Below are positions 9,850 through 20,341 of a stretch of DNA of 50,699 nucleotides, one piece after another. The notes below the pieces were generated by a model, which saw nothing but the letters and a program-made list of their open reading frames with translations, ran no database searches and was not told the origin of the DNA. The stretch's first letter is position 1, and every line of letters starts with the position of its first letter. The DNA comes from Elusimicrobiota bacterium (GTDB taxonomy: Bacteria; CG03; SLGR01; JAGXOG01), in NCBI GenBank assembly GCA_051745145.1, contig JBNJDT010000011.1, forward strand, positions 1 to 50,699. Reading direction: 5' to 3'. The position numbers were made by a program, and so were the translations under genes.

Positions 9850-10194
9850 ATGAGTAAAAATAACAACTGTATTTTTTGCAAAATTATAGATGGTAAGATT
9901 GATGCTGATGTGACATATGAGGATAAAGACGTAGTAACATTTAGTGATGTCAATCCCCAGGCACCCGTACACATACTGGTGGTGCCCAGAGAACATATTA
10001 AAAATTTAAACAGGGCCGGAGAAGATATAACCGGCAGGTTAGTGAATACGGCAAAAAAGATTGCTGTAAAAAAAGATATTGATAAAAGCGGTTATAGAAT
10101 TGTTATAAATTGTAACCGCGACGGTGGACAGGAAGTGGATCATCTTCATGTTCATCTTTTAGGCGGAAGGAAAATGTCCGGGCCACTTGGTTAG
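9850..10194 (+). CDS. Histidine triad nucleotide-binding protein (HinT/PKCI-like)
   Basis: CIFCKI, PQAPVHILVVP, GQEVDHLHVHLLGG. Confidence 0.95.
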   Translation: MSKNNNCIFCKIIDGKIDADVTYEDKDVVTFSDVNPQAPVHILVVPREHIKNLNRAGEDITGRLVNTAKKIAVKKDIDKSGYRIVINCNRDGGQEVDHLHVHLLGGRKMSGPLG

Positions 10195-10241
10195 GGCATT
10201 ATAAGAGAGTAAGTAGTTTTAAGGAAAGAGGTGAGATATAC

Positions 10242-10484
10242 ATGTACAAAGGACCTAAAGTAGAAAAGAAAGATAGAGAATCAATTAATTCTGTGTTAAA
10301 GAGATTCAGGAGAGCTTGTAGCAGTTCCGGAATAAAGAATGAACTGAAAAAACGGAGATTTTACCGGCCTCCAAGCGAAATCCGAAAAATTGCAAAATCT
10401 AAAAAAGAGCGCAATAGCTTGAGAAGAAAACGTAAAGCCGAACACAGAAAAGAGAGAATTAATACCAGGAAACGCCGCGGTTAA
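10242..10484 (+). CDS. rpsU: 30S ribosomal protein bS21
   Basis: ESINSVLKRFRR...ELKKRRFYRPPS, highly basic; SD GAGGTG. Confidence 0.9.
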   Translation: MYKGPKVEKKDRESINSVLKRFRRACSSSGIKNELKKRRFYRPPSEIRKIAKSKKERNSLRRKRKAEHRKERINTRKRRG

Positions 10485-10522
10485 AATCAGGCAGTAATAT
10501 ATAGTTAATTATATAATATATA

Positions 10523-11119
10523 TTGGATAAAAATAGTTTGAAGGACGGGGGAAAGTTAGTTGAAGCTAATTTTTTTAGCCGGTCTACACTTAAAGTTGCA
10601 GAGGACCTTGTAGGAAAATATCTTTTTAGCAAAAAAGGGGGGAGAGTTTGCGGGGGAAAGATAGTTGAAACAGAGGCTTACCTGGGGAAAAATGACCGGG
10701 CTTCTCATGCTGCCCGGAAAAAAACTGCCAGAAATGCGGTAATGTTTGGTCCTCCCGGCACTATTTATGTTTACTTAATATACGGTATACATTATTGCTT
10801 TAATTTAGTTTGTGAAAGTGAGGGAGAGGGAGCTGCTGTTTTGATAAGAGCCTTAAAGCCGTCAAGAGGTCTTAAACTGATGAAGAAAAGAAGGAAGACA
10901 GGCGAGGTTAAGGAAATTGCTTCCGGACCGGCAAAATTAACCCAGGCCCTGAGCATAGATACGGATGATAATGGGAAGGAGCTGTCGAGTAACGGAATTT
11001 ATGTAGTGGACAGAGGGGAAACGGTTGACAGCATAGCTTGCGGACCCCGTATAGGGATAACAAAGTCAAAAGATTTGGACTATCGTTTTTTTATAGAAGA
11101 TAACTGTTACGTTTCTTAA
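10523..11119 (+). CDS. DNA-3-methyladenine glycosylase (AAG/MPG family)
   Basis: IVETEAYLG..D.ASH, YVYLIYGIHYCFN, AVLIRAL, GPAKL, PRIGI. Confidence 0.95.
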   Translation: MDKNSLKDGGKLVEANFFSRSTLKVAEDLVGKYLFSKKGGRVCGGKIVETEAYLGKNDRASHAARKKTARNAVMFGPPGTIYVYLIYGIHYCFNLVCESEGEGAAVLIRALKPSRGLKLMKKRRKTGEVKEIASGPAKLTQALSIDTDDNGKELSSNGIYVVDRGETVDSIACGPRIGITKSKDLDYRFFIEDNCYVS

Positions 11120-11131
11120 AGGAGCAAAGAT

Positions 11132-12094
11132 ATGAAAATAAAAGATATAATGGATACAGCTGTCCGGGAAGGAATAGCTGAAGATGTTAGAACCAAGCAG
11201 AAAATTGATAAGCTTTTAAAACAAAAAAAAGAGGAGTACCAGAATTTAGAAGGAACCGAAAAGGAAATATTTGACCGGCATTCTATAGAAAGTCCTTATG
11301 CTGATTCCAGAATAATTTATGGCGATCCGGAAACTGAAGTTGAGCAGGCATGGGTTGGAATAGATACCGACACTTCTGAACTTTTAATGATAAAACATGC
11401 TGCCGGCAACATGGAAAAGATACCGGTTGTAATATCCCATCATCCGCTGGGAAGAGCCTACCCCAATTTCTATGAAGTAATGGATTTGCAGGCTGACCTT
11501 CTTAGGGAAGCCGGGGTAACGATAAGCGTAGCCGAAAATCTCACCCGGAAAAGAAAGGCCGAAGTTGCCCGAAGATTGTCCGCTGTCAATCATTTTAAAG
11601 CTCAGGATGCGGCCCGGATACTGGATATAAATACTATGAATATACATACTCCCGCCGATAATCATGTGACTAATTATGTTAAACAATTAATGGAGAATGA
11701 AGATCCGGAAACTCTTGAAGATATGGTTGATCTACTGCTTGAAATACCGGAGTATAAAATAGCGGCTAAAAGGGGAAATCCGCCGGAGATTCTAAATGGA
11801 AATAAGAAAAATAAATGTGGTAAATTTTATATAGATATGACCGGTGGAACCGAGAATAATCCGGACTTGATAAAAGAACTGGTAAACCGCGGGATATCTA
11901 CGGTTGTGGGAATGCATTTGAGTGAAAAACACTATAAGAAAGCTCAAAAAGCGAATTTAAATGTAATTATAGCCGGACATATTTCTTCGGATAATCTTGG
12001 CTTAAATTTACTTTTAGACAAAATTATTGATGAACACGGCGATCTGGAAATAAAAGAATACTCAGGTTTTACCCGGGTAGAGAGGAATGGTTAA
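11132..12094 (+). CDS. NIF3-like (NGG1p-interacting factor) metal-binding protein
   Basis: PYADSRI, GIDTD, SHHP, HTPADN, MTGGT, GMH, AGHISSD. Confidence 0.8.
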   Translation: MKIKDIMDTAVREGIAEDVRTKQKIDKLLKQKKEEYQNLEGTEKEIFDRHSIESPYADSRIIYGDPETEVEQAWVGIDTDTSELLMIKHAAGNMEKIPVVISHHPLGRAYPNFYEVMDLQADLLREAGVTISVAENLTRKRKAEVARRLSAVNHFKAQDAARILDINTMNIHTPADNHVTNYVKQLMENEDPETLEDMVDLLLEIPEYKIAAKRGNPPEILNGNKKNKCGKFYIDMTGGTENNPDLIKELVNRGISTVVGMHLSEKHYKKAQKANLNVIIAGHISSDNLGLNLLLDKIIDEHGDLEIKEYSGFTRVERNG

Positions 12095-13859
12095 AGACAG
12101 GACAGTCGATAAAATAAGAAGTCATACGGACATTGTACGACTTATAGAGGAGTATTTTCCTTTAAAAAAGACGGGGAATAATTACAAGGCTCTGTGTCCG
12201 TTTCACCAGGAAAAAACACCTTCTTTTGTAGTTTCTCCGGAGAAGCAGTTATACCACTGTTTTGGATGCGGGGCCTCGGGAAATGTATTTAATTTTGTCA
12301 TGGAAATGGAAAAGATAGATTTTCCGGAAGCCCTAAGAAGACTGGCCCAGCGCAACAATATAGAAATAGATAATTTTCAATCTGGAAAATATCAAAAAAA
12401 ACGGGAGTTGAAAAAAGAGGTAACGGAATTAAATTCCCGGGCCGCAAAATTTTATCATCGATATTTGTACAGTGATAGCGGTAAAAGTATTTTAAATATT
12501 TTAAAAGACCGGGGAATTGACGAGAGTGTAATTAAAAAATTTCATTTGGGATACGCCCCGGGCGGCAATAAGATAGTTAACAGTGCTAAAAAAGCGGGAA
12601 TAGGGGAAGAAATTCTTTTAAAGTCCGGACTGGTGGGAAAATCAAAGTCCGGACGTCTTTATGATAAATTTCAAAATAGAATTATGTTCCCCATCTTTGA
12701 CGAACGCGGAGATATTAAAGGTTTCGGCGGTAGAGTTGTCGATGACGACGACCAGCCTAAATATTTAAATACAGCTCAAACTGAAGTTTTTGAGAAGAAA
12801 AAGATTTTATACGGACTTTACCAGGGAAAAGATCAAATAAGAAAGACCGGAAAACTTGTTCTGCTCGAAGGATATATGGATGTTATTTCGGCTTATCAAA
12901 ACGGTATTCCCTTTGTTGTAGCTGCTCTGGGAACGGCATTGACTTCCCAGCATGTCTATAAGTTAAAGCACTGGGTTGATGATATAATTATCTGTTTTGA
13001 CTATGACGAAGCCGGGAAAAAAGCCACAGTTCGGGCTATTGACTTATTGTTGAGTTCGGATATTAATTCAAAAGTATGTGTTTTACCCGAGGGAAAAGAT
13101 CCGGAAGATGTATTAAAAGAGGATAAAGATAAGTTTTTAGAATATATGGAGAATGCAAAATCGGGTCTGCAGTGGAGAATGGATTACAGTGTAGAAAAAT
13201 TCAGTGATATTTCTGACCGCATAACCAGAAAGTCTCAGATTGTAAAGGACCTGGCCGGCACTATAGATAAAATTGAAGATCCGGTAAAAAAACAGGATAT
13301 AGTTAAAGTGATAAGTGAGCAGTTATCTATAAGAGAAGGTTTAATAAATAGAAAAGTAAAGCAGTTTTCTTCTGCCGGCTATCAAAAATTTACTCAGGTG
13401 GATGATTCGGCCGATGAATTTATGACTAAACAGGAAAGGATAATGAAAGAATTATTACATATTGTGTTGAGAAAACCTGATTTAGCTGAAAAAATAGAGG
13501 GGATTTGCGAAGACAGCAGTTACTCAAATAATATTTATCACGATTTATTGAAAAAATATATACAGGTTTACAATACTGATACTAATAAATTTATATCGTC
13601 TGTAGATTCTCAGTACAAGTCAATGCTTTCCCAGCTAGCTTTTAAAAAAGTCAATACTAATGATACTGAAAAATATATTAAAAAATTAAAGGAAGAATTA
13701 GAAAAATTAAAATTAAAAAAAGAATATCAATCTCTGGTTGAAGAGATAAATGAACAGATTAAAAACAATAAGCCCGTTTCCCAGGAAAAGAGAAGTAAAT
13801 TCAAGAAGCTGGCCGGGCTGTGCGATCAAAAAGGTAGTAAAATATTAAAATTTGAATAG
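12087..13859 (+). CDS. dnaG: DNA primase
   Basis: CPFH...CFGC zinc finger, FGGR, PKYLN, EGYMD, TOPRIM FDYD, GKDP. Confidence 0.98.
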   Translation: MVKDRTVDKIRSHTDIVRLIEEYFPLKKTGNNYKALCPFHQEKTPSFVVSPEKQLYHCFGCGASGNVFNFVMEMEKIDFPEALRRLAQRNNIEIDNFQSGKYQKKRELKKEVTELNSRAAKFYHRYLYSDSGKSILNILKDRGIDESVIKKFHLGYAPGGNKIVNSAKKAGIGEEILLKSGLVGKSKSGRLYDKFQNRIMFPIFDERGDIKGFGGRVVDDDDQPKYLNTAQTEVFEKKKILYGLYQGKDQIRKTGKLVLLEGYMDVISAYQNGIPFVVAALGTALTSQHVYKLKHWVDDIIICFDYDEAGKKATVRAIDLLLSSDINSKVCVLPEGKDPEDVLKEDKDKFLEYMENAKSGLQWRMDYSVEKFSDISDRITRKSQIVKDLAGTIDKIEDPVKKQDIVKVISEQLSIREGLINRKVKQFSSAGYQKFTQVDDSADEFMTKQERIMKELLHIVLRKPDLAEKIEGICEDSSYSNNIYHDLLKKYIQVYNTDTNKFISSVDSQYKSMLSQLAFKKVNTNDTEKYIKKLKEELEKLKLKKEYQSLVEEINEQIKNNKPVSQEKRSKFKKLAGLCDQKGSKILKFE

Positions 13860-13882
13860 TAAGAAAATGGAGGAGGTATAAA

Positions 13883-15595
13883 TTGCCGAATATAGAAAAT
13901 TTAATTTCTCAGGGTAAGAAAAAAGGGAAATTAACCTATAAAGAAATAAATAAATTTCTCGATGAGGGAAATATAAATCCGGATGAATTTGATGAATTAT
14001 TTAAAAAATTAAATGCAGCTGATGTAGAGGTAGTTGATAAACGGCGGAAGGAAAAATTAGAAAAAATACGTAAGTCGGGGAGAACCCGGAAAATGCTCTC
14101 ATCTACTTTTTCAGCAACGGATTCGATAAAGATGTATTTAAGTGAAATGGGTAAAGAACCCCTGCTTTCCAGAGCCCAGGAAATGCATCTGGCTAAAAGC
14201 ATTCAGGAAAATGAAGAAGCTTTAAGAAGGCTGGTCCTGGGAACTCCTATCGGTATAGAAGAGTTTAAAAAAATGGCCGAAGATCTGAGAAATGATAAAA
14301 TTACCCCCCGGGATATAATGAAAAGAGGGCGGAAAACTGAGAAGATATTAAACGATATGAGAAAAAAAGTCAATTCCGCCTACAATGAAGTTAAAAGAAG
14401 ACAGAGAAAGATAAAGAGGCGTCAGAAAAAACTCAAAGATAAAAGTAGATCCGGTAAAGAGAAAGAAAAATTAAGGCAGGAAATTAAAGAGGAAAACCGG
14501 CTTATCGTAGATGCAATTATAGATTTGGATTTAAAAAAGGATTTTATACAGGGTATAATTGATACTTTTAAAGAAAAAACACAGAAGATTAAAGATCTGG
14601 ATTCGGAATTGAAGAAAAAGTATAACAAAATAAAAATCTCTTACGAAAAGGCAAGAGAACTCTATAAACAATTTAAAAACGGGGAGATAACTGCCTACAG
14701 GTTTAAAAAAGAGACGGAAATAACCCCCAGAAGATTAGAAATTATTCGAGAGGAATCCAGAAGTTTAAAATTAAGTATAATTGGCCGGGCAAGAAAATTT
14801 TCCATGGATCTGGAAGAGTTAAAAGAGACCATTAAGCAGGTCTATAAACACGAGAAAAAGATTAACCAGAGTAAAATGGGACTGGTTCGTGCAAATTTAA
14901 GACTGGTTGTCTCTATTGCAAAAAAGAATACCAATCCTAATCTTTCTATGCTGGATTTAATTCAGGAAGGTTCCATAGGTATGATGAAAGCGGTGGATAA
15001 ATTTAAATATAAGAAGGGCTTTAAATTCTCCACTTATGCAACGTGGTGGATAAGACAGTCCATTAACCGGGCAATTGCCGACCAGGCCCGGACAATACGT
15101 ATCCCGGTTCACATGAAAGAAATTATAAGTAAACTTTCTAAAGTATCCAGGAAATGGAAACAAAAGTATGGCCGTACACCTACTATAGATGAATACGCCG
15201 AGGAACTGGATTTGGAGGAACAGAAAATCAGGAGAATAATGGAGATAAAGCAGAAACCCATTTCTTTAGATACCCCCATTGGCGATGACGAAGATAGCCG
15301 TCTGGAAGATTTTATAGAGGATAAAAAAGGCGATACACCCAACCAGACTACTATGCAGACAATGAGAAGGAAAGAGATAGAAAAAGTTCTGGAGACCTTA
15401 AAAGACAGAGAGGCAAAAATAATAAAATTGCGTTTTGGTTTAGAAGGAGGGTACCCCCGGACTTTAGAGGAAGTGGGCAAAATTTTTGGCGTAACCCGGG
15501 AAAGAGTCCGGCAAATAGAGGCCAAAGCCCTGGGTAAATTAAAAAAATCAGACCAAAAAAGTAAGCTCAGAGAATATTTAAATATAGAAGAATAA
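13883..15595 (+). CDS. rpoD: RNA polymerase primary sigma factor
   Basis: Region 1.1, [54 protein letters not shown] start with GGAGGAGGT SD. Confidence 0.97.
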   Translation: MPNIENLISQGKKKGKLTYKEINKFLDEGNINPDEFDELFKKLNAADVEVVDKRRKEKLEKIRKSGRTRKMLSSTFSATDSIKMYLSEMGKEPLLSRAQEMHLAKSIQENEEALRRLVLGTPIGIEEFKKMAEDLRNDKITPRDIMKRGRKTEKILNDMRKKVNSAYNEVKRRQRKIKRRQKKLKDKSRSGKEKEKLRQEIKEENRLIVDAIIDLDLKKDFIQGIIDTFKEKTQKIKDLDSELKKKYNKIKISYEKARELYKQFKNGEITAYRFKKETEITPRRLEIIREESRSLKLSIIGRARKFSMDLEELKETIKQVYKHEKKINQSKMGLVRANLRLVVSIAKKNTNPNLSMLDLIQEGSIGMMKAVDKFKYKKGFKFSTYATWWIRQSINRAIADQARTIRIPVHMKEIISKLSKVSRKWKQKYGRTPTIDEYAEELDLEEQKIRRIMEIKQKPISLDTPIGDDEDSRLEDFIEDKKGDTPNQTTMQTMRRKEIEKVLETLKDREAKIIKLRFGLEGGYPRTLEEVGKIFGVTRERVRQIEAKALGKLKKSDQKSKLREYLNIEE

Positions 15596-15648
15596 AATAT
15601 TTTAAGTTTTCCTATCCGGAATAACTTATAAGCTTATTTTTACATTTC

Positions 15649-15679
15649 TTGACAAAATAAAAAAAATAATTATTATAAT
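15649..15679 (+). promoter_or_regulatory. sigma70 promoter of the rex-hydrogenase operon
   Basis: TTGACA 15649-15654; TATTAT 15671-15676 (16 bp spacer) or TATAAT 15674-15679. Confidence 0.6.
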
Positions 15680-15694
15680 TTATAAGCTCTGACT

Positions 15695-15712
15695 TTGTGA
15701 ATATATTCACAA
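15695..15712. promoter_or_regulatory. Rex operator
   Basis: Perfect 18-bp palindrome TTGTGAATATATTCACAA matching the Rex consensus TTGTGAA-N4-TTCACAA, between the promoter and rex. Confidence 0.93.
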
Positions 15713-15734
15713 GATAAATTAACAAATAAAATTG

Positions 15735-16358
15735 ATGCTAAATAAATTTATAGTAGAAAGACTTATATTATATAACAGAATTTGTAAAGATTTTTCCAAA
15801 GCTGGAAAAAAGTGGGTAACTTCCCGTGATATAGCTGAAGTTCTTTCTAAAACTTCGGCCCAGGTTAGAAGGGATCTTTCTAAACTGGGTAAAAAAGGTA
15901 AACCTGGAGTTGGTTATAAAATAGATGAACTGGTAATGGAAATAAATAAATTACTGGGGTTGGACAGGCACTGGAATATTGTTCTTGTAGGTGCCGGTAA
16001 TTTGGGCCGGGCCCTCTTTTTTTATCCGGGTTTTAAAAGAGAAGGTTTCAACTTTAAAATGATAGTGGATAGTAATCCGGATAAGATAGGGGAAAAATGG
16101 AAGGGAATAGAGATCACCCCTGTTGCTAACTTAGTACAGGATATAAATAAAAAAGATATAGATATTGCGATCATTGCGGTGCCTTCCGCTTCGGCTCAGG
16201 AAGTTTGCGATAAGGTAGTTAGAGCGGGGATAAGAGAAATTCTGAATTTTGCGCCCTGTAATTTAAATGTTTCCGATGATGTGGAAATAAGGTATGCGGA
16301 TTTGGCTCTGGAACTTCAGAATTTATCATATACTTTAAAAAGCAGAAAAAATAGATGA
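15735..16358 (+). CDS. rex: Redox-sensing transcriptional repressor Rex
   Basis: SAQVRRDLS..GKKGKPGVGY winged helix, VGAGNLGRAL Rossmann fold, ILNFAP. Confidence 0.97.
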   Translation: MLNKFIVERLILYNRICKDFSKAGKKWVTSRDIAEVLSKTSAQVRRDLSKLGKKGKPGVGYKIDELVMEINKLLGLDRHWNIVLVGAGNLGRALFFYPGFKREGFNFKMIVDSNPDKIGEKWKGIEITPVANLVQDINKKDIDIAIIAVPSASAQEVCDKVVRAGIREILNFAPCNLNVSDDVEIRYADLALELQNLSYTLKSRKNR

Positions 16359-17353
16359 AATATATTTTAGATAACGAAAAATTAGAACAGTATATACAAA
16401 ACTGGGCTGAAGATTATAGAGTATTCGTCCCCGGGGAGGACGGCGAATTTACTGCTTACGATCCCGGAGTTACGATTAACTGGGAGACTGTACCGGTCTG
16501 GGGCGGGATAAAAGAATTTGTATTTCCCCCTCGCTATCAGGTAGTTGGCCCCCGGGAGGAAAAGGCTGAAAAAGAAAAACCGGTAATGCTGATAGGGGTT
16601 AGAAACTGTGATTTAAGAGCTTTAACCGGAGTGTATGATAAAATCTTTCTGGAAGAGGATCCGGTGGATCCGGTGTATAAAAATTTTCGGGACCGGTTAA
16701 AAATAGTTTCGGTGGATTGTAATCAGCCGGCGGATACCTGTTTTTGTTCTGCCGTTGGGGGAGGGCCCTTTAATGAGGGTAAATCGAAATTTGATATAAA
16801 TTTAACTTTTCTAAAAGATAAAATTATCTTGGATACCGGGAATTCGGATGATAGTAATATAGTAGATACCGGAGAATTATCCCCGGCTTCAGAAAGTAAG
16901 CTGAACAAAAAAGAGGATTTAAAAAATACTGCCGAACTTAAAGTGAAAAATAATTTTAAAAAAGATTTCAGGCAGGATAATTTTGGAGAAAAAATTAGAA
17001 ATAATGAAGATCCAAAATACTGGAAAGATAAAAGCAGCGATTGTATGCAGTGCGGGGGTTGTAATTTTTCTTGTCCTACGTGTTACTGCAACGTTTTAAA
17101 TGAACTTTCCGACGAAAAAAAGTTCCAGAAACTTTTACAGTGGGATTCCTGCCAGTTTCCCGGCTATGCCCGGGTAGGTGGAGGTGGAAATCCCCGGGAA
17201 GAGCTGTGGCAGCGGTTCAGACACCGGTATTACTGTAAGTTTTATTTAATGCCTGAAGAATTTGAGATGGCCGGATGTACTGGATGCGGACGGTGTATCC
17301 AGACCTGTCCGGGAGAGATCGATATAAGAGATACTGTCGAGGGCTTGCTTTGA
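16355..17353 (+). CDS. AsrA / sulfhydrogenase beta-like 4Fe-4S protein
   Basis: GVRNCD, C..PADTCFC, CMQCGGCNFSCPTCYC, WDSC, CTGCGRCIQTCP. Confidence 0.88.
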   Translation: MKYILDNEKLEQYIQNWAEDYRVFVPGEDGEFTAYDPGVTINWETVPVWGGIKEFVFPPRYQVVGPREEKAEKEKPVMLIGVRNCDLRALTGVYDKIFLEEDPVDPVYKNFRDRLKIVSVDCNQPADTCFCSAVGGGPFNEGKSKFDINLTFLKDKIILDTGNSDDSNIVDTGELSPASESKLNKKEDLKNTAELKVKNNFKKDFRQDNFGEKIRNNEDPKYWKDKSSDCMQCGGCNFSCPTCYCNVLNELSDEKKFQKLLQWDSCQFPGYARVGGGGNPREELWQRFRHRYYCKFYLMPEEFEMAGCTGCGRCIQTCPGEIDIRDTVEGLL

Positions 17354-18165
17354 TTAGAGAAAACCCCTATAAACCTGTAAAGGCGGAGATTACTAAAATA
17401 ATACCCGAGACTCCGAATATAAAAACTTTTAAACTAAAACTGGCTGAGCCCCTGGAATTTTCTACCGGGCAATTTATACAATTGACAGTTCCGGGGATAG
17501 GGGAAGCCCCTTTTACTCCGTCCTCACAGCCGGGAAAACACAAAAATATTGATGTAACAGTTATGAAAGTGGGGGCGGCAACTGAAAAATTACACGATAA
17601 ACAGGTGGGGGAAATACTGGGGGTTCGCGGACCTTACGGTAATGGTTTTCCCGTGGACAGATTGCAGAATAGGGAACTTTTAATAGTGGGAGGCGGTTGC
17701 GGGATAGCACCGCTTAGATCTTTAATATATGAGATTTTGGGTGACAGAAATAAGTATCCCAAAGTACACTTGCTTTACGGCTGCAAGTCCCCCCGGGATG
17801 TTATATACAAAGATACTTACGATGACTGGTCGGATGAATTTATTATGCACCGGACAGTAGATGAACCCGATGAGTCCTGGGAGGAAGATGAAGGGGTGGT
17901 TACTACTTTATTTGACAAGGTTGATGTGGATACGGATAACTGTCTGGCTGTTGTAGTGGGACCTCCGGTTATGATGAAATTCGGATGTATGGAACTTGAG
18001 GAAATGGGAATAACGGCAGATAGAATAATAATATCGCTGGAGAAAAATATGACCTGCGGTTTCGGAAAATGCCGTCACTGTCTGGTAGGACCGTATTATG
18101 TATGTAAGGACGGACCGGTTTTTACGTATGATACGGTAAAAGGGTTGCCCGGACTGTGGGATTAA
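17350..18165 (+). CDS. AsrB / sulfhydrogenase gamma-like FAD/NAD(P)-binding [2Fe-2S] subunit
   Basis: GEAPFT, RGPYGNGF, GGGCGIAPLRS, VGPPVMM, EKNMTCGFGKCRHC...VCKDGPVF; TTG at 17350 overlapping the upstream TGA. Confidence 0.9.
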   Translation: MIRENPYKPVKAEITKIIPETPNIKTFKLKLAEPLEFSTGQFIQLTVPGIGEAPFTPSSQPGKHKNIDVTVMKVGAATEKLHDKQVGEILGVRGPYGNGFPVDRLQNRELLIVGGGCGIAPLRSLIYEILGDRNKYPKVHLLYGCKSPRDVIYKDTYDDWSDEFIMHRTVDEPDESWEEDEGVVTTLFDKVDVDTDNCLAVVVGPPVMMKFGCMELEEMGITADRIIISLEKNMTCGFGKCRHCLVGPYYVCKDGPVFTYDTVKGLPGLWD

Positions 18166-18174
18166 TAGATTAAT

Positions 18175-18573
18175 ATGTTAGCTATAGATTTAGATAAATG
18201 TTTTGACTGTAAAAAGTGCAAGGATACGGCACCCGGTATATACTCTTATGTGGAGAAAGGTATCCGGGAACTCGTATGCCGGCACTGTGAAAATCCGCCC
18301 TGCGTGGCGGCCTGTCCGGTTGACGCACTTGAAAAAAAAGAGGGCGAAAATCTGGTTAGATACAAAATGCTCTGTGTATCGTGTAAACAGTGTTCTAGTG
18401 CCTGCCCGGTGGGAGCCAATCCCCCGGCGGTTTTATCTTACCGGACGTATCCCGGGCATAAGGTAGATATAAAAAAATGCTACAAGGATGCGGTTACTGA
18501 GATTGACCAGGTAACCGATGAGTGGACTGTTATTGAAGAGAAATTTGCCGTGAAGGCCAAGGACTGGAAATGA
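18175..18573 (+). CDS. 4Fe-4S ferredoxin-like subunit (HycB/HydN-like)
   Basis: CFDCKKC, CRHCENPPCVAACP, CVSCKQCSSACP. Confidence 0.85.
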   Translation: MLAIDLDKCFDCKKCKDTAPGIYSYVEKGIRELVCRHCENPPCVAACPVDALEKKEGENLVRYKMLCVSCKQCSSACPVGANPPAVLSYRTYPGHKVDIKKCYKDAVTEIDQVTDEWTVIEEKFAVKAKDWK

Positions 18574-19475
18574 TTGTACTTGAGTATCTACTATTTCCGG
18601 GCGTCATATTTATAATGGCGGTTGCTTTTTTTGTGTCCTGGCTGGACAGAAAAGTATCTGCTCTGGTTCAGTGGAGAGTGGGGCCTCCTTTATTTCAGCC
18701 GGTTTATGATTTTTTTAAACTTATGAACAAGGAGACTTTAATACCCCGAAACAGCAGTTTATTAACCTTTTTAATTTCTCCGGTTATGAGTTTTTCATCG
18801 GTGATATTAATTGGTTTTATACTTTTAAAAACTAATCTGGCGGTAGAAGGTTTTGGAGGGGATATACTTGTAGTTGTATATCTGCTATTAATTCCTTCCT
18901 TTGCCGCTATTATGAGCGGGGCGTCTTCAACTAATCCTCTGGCTTCTTTAGGTTCTTCGCGGGAAATGAAACTGGTGCTTTCTTATGAACTTCCTTTTAT
19001 CCTGGCCTTGAGCGTGGTATTTATAAAGACCGGTGGATTGATAGACCTGGGGCAGATAATAAGTTTCCAGCAAAGTAACGGTCTTCTGGCCGGCTCTCTT
19101 TCGGGAATACTGGCATTGATAGTTACTATAATCTGTTTCCAGTCCAAGATGGCCCAGATACCTTTTGATATCCCCGAAGCCGAGCAGGAGATAATGGGCG
19201 GAGTTATGATAGAGCTTTCGGGGCCCCCTCTGGGTTTATTTGTAGTCTCCAGATGGATATTGATGTCTGTACTTCCTCTGCTCACTGTGATATTATTTTT
19301 AGGCGGTATAAATTCCTGGGTGGGAATTTTAAAATATGTTGGACTTGTTGTTATCGTAATTCTACTGAAAAATACCAATCCCCGGCTTAGAATAAATCAG
19401 ACGTTGAGATTTTTCTGGGGTCCGGTAACTTTAGTTGCCGGCTTGAGTGTTGTACTGGCACTTTTAGGACTATGA
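18570..19475 (+). CDS. Hydrogenase membrane anchor subunit (NuoH/HycD/MbhM-like)
   Basis: DRKVSALVQWRVGPP..QP.YD..KL..KE, PFDIPEAEQE, NTNPRLR. Confidence 0.92.
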   Translation: MIVLEYLLFPGVIFIMAVAFFVSWLDRKVSALVQWRVGPPLFQPVYDFFKLMNKETLIPRNSSLLTFLISPVMSFSSVILIGFILLKTNLAVEGFGGDILVVVYLLLIPSFAAIMSGASSTNPLASLGSSREMKLVLSYELPFILALSVVFIKTGGLIDLGQIISFQQSNGLLAGSLSGILALIVTIICFQSKMAQIPFDIPEAEQEIMGGVMIELSGPPLGLFVVSRWILMSVLPLLTVILFLGGINSWVGILKYVGLVVIVILLKNTNPRLRINQTLRFFWGPVTLVAGLSVVLALLGL

Positions 19476-19478
19476 TTT

Positions 19479-19919
19479 ATGTTTAAGAAGAGCAACTCAA
19501 AATCTATATGGGTTTATCATTTTGCGGCATCACCGTGTAATAACTGTGATATAGAAATTTTGGATGCGTTGACTCCAAAATTTGATGCCGAAAGATTTGG
19601 TATAAAGCTGGTGGGCAGTATAAGACATGCGGACTGTATGCTGCTTACCGGGGTAATAAATTCTAAAGTCCTGCCCCGGCTTAAGAGAATATACCGGCAG
19701 GCCCCCCGGCCTTTTTATATAATGGCTGTGGGTACCTGTCCTCTGGATACCGGGATGTTCAGAGGGTCGTACAATGTTGTGGGACCGGCCGATAAACATC
19801 TACCCGTAGATGTATATGTCCCCGGTTGTCCCCCCCGCCCGGAAGCTCTGCTTTCTGCCGTGGTAAAACTTGTAGAAAAGATTAACAGCAAAGATAAAGA
19901 AAAACCGGAGAAAATATAA
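19479..19919 (+). CDS. Group 4 [NiFe]-hydrogenase small subunit (NuoB/MbhJ-like)
   Basis: CNNCDIE, RHAD, VGTC, YVPGCPPRPE. Confidence 0.93.
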   Translation: MFKKSNSKSIWVYHFAASPCNNCDIEILDALTPKFDAERFGIKLVGSIRHADCMLLTGVINSKVLPRLKRIYRQAPRPFYIMAVGTCPLDTGMFRGSYNVVGPADKHLPVDVYVPGCPPRPEALLSAVVKLVEKINSKDKEKPEKI

Positions 19920-20341
19920 TGCAGATACTGGATAAAATTGAACAAAAATTTGACAATAATATTAAAAACATAGATAAAGTTAATGACAGAAGAGTATATA
20001 TTGAAATTGACACTGACTATTTAAGAAAGGCCGCCCGTTTTTTCTTTGATGAACTTGGATTTAGATTTTCGACGGCAACGGCAGTTGACGAAAAAGATTA
20101 TATGGAAATAATTTATCACTTTTCTTATGATAAAAAAGGTATATTCTTGAATTTAATAGTTAAAACTGATCTGGATAAAGCCAGGGTGGATACCCTCACC
20201 GATATAATAAAAGGCACAAAATGGATTGAGAGGGAATTAATAGAGCTTATGGGAATTGAATTTGAAGGTAACGAGGATACCGAAAACCTGTTATTGTCGA
20301 AAGATTACAGGGGGAAGAAGTATCCGCTCAGAAAAAGATGA
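19919..20341 (+). CDS. NuoC/MbhK-like subunit
   Basis: TAVD...EIIYHF, WIEREL.ELMGIEFEG, YPLRK. Confidence 0.88.
   Translation: MQILDKIEQKFDNNIKNIDKVNDRRVYIEIDTDYLRKAARFFFDELGFRFSTATAVDEKDYMEIIYHFSYDKKGIFLNLIVKTDLDKARVDTLTDIIKGTKWIERELIELMGIEFEGNEDTENLLLSKDYRGKKYPLRKR

Noticed and set aside
9833..9860. CIRCE-like TTAGTACTT...GAGTAAAAA before the HIT gene
   Set aside because: Wrong spacing, several mismatches, overlaps the start codon, and no hrcA in the window
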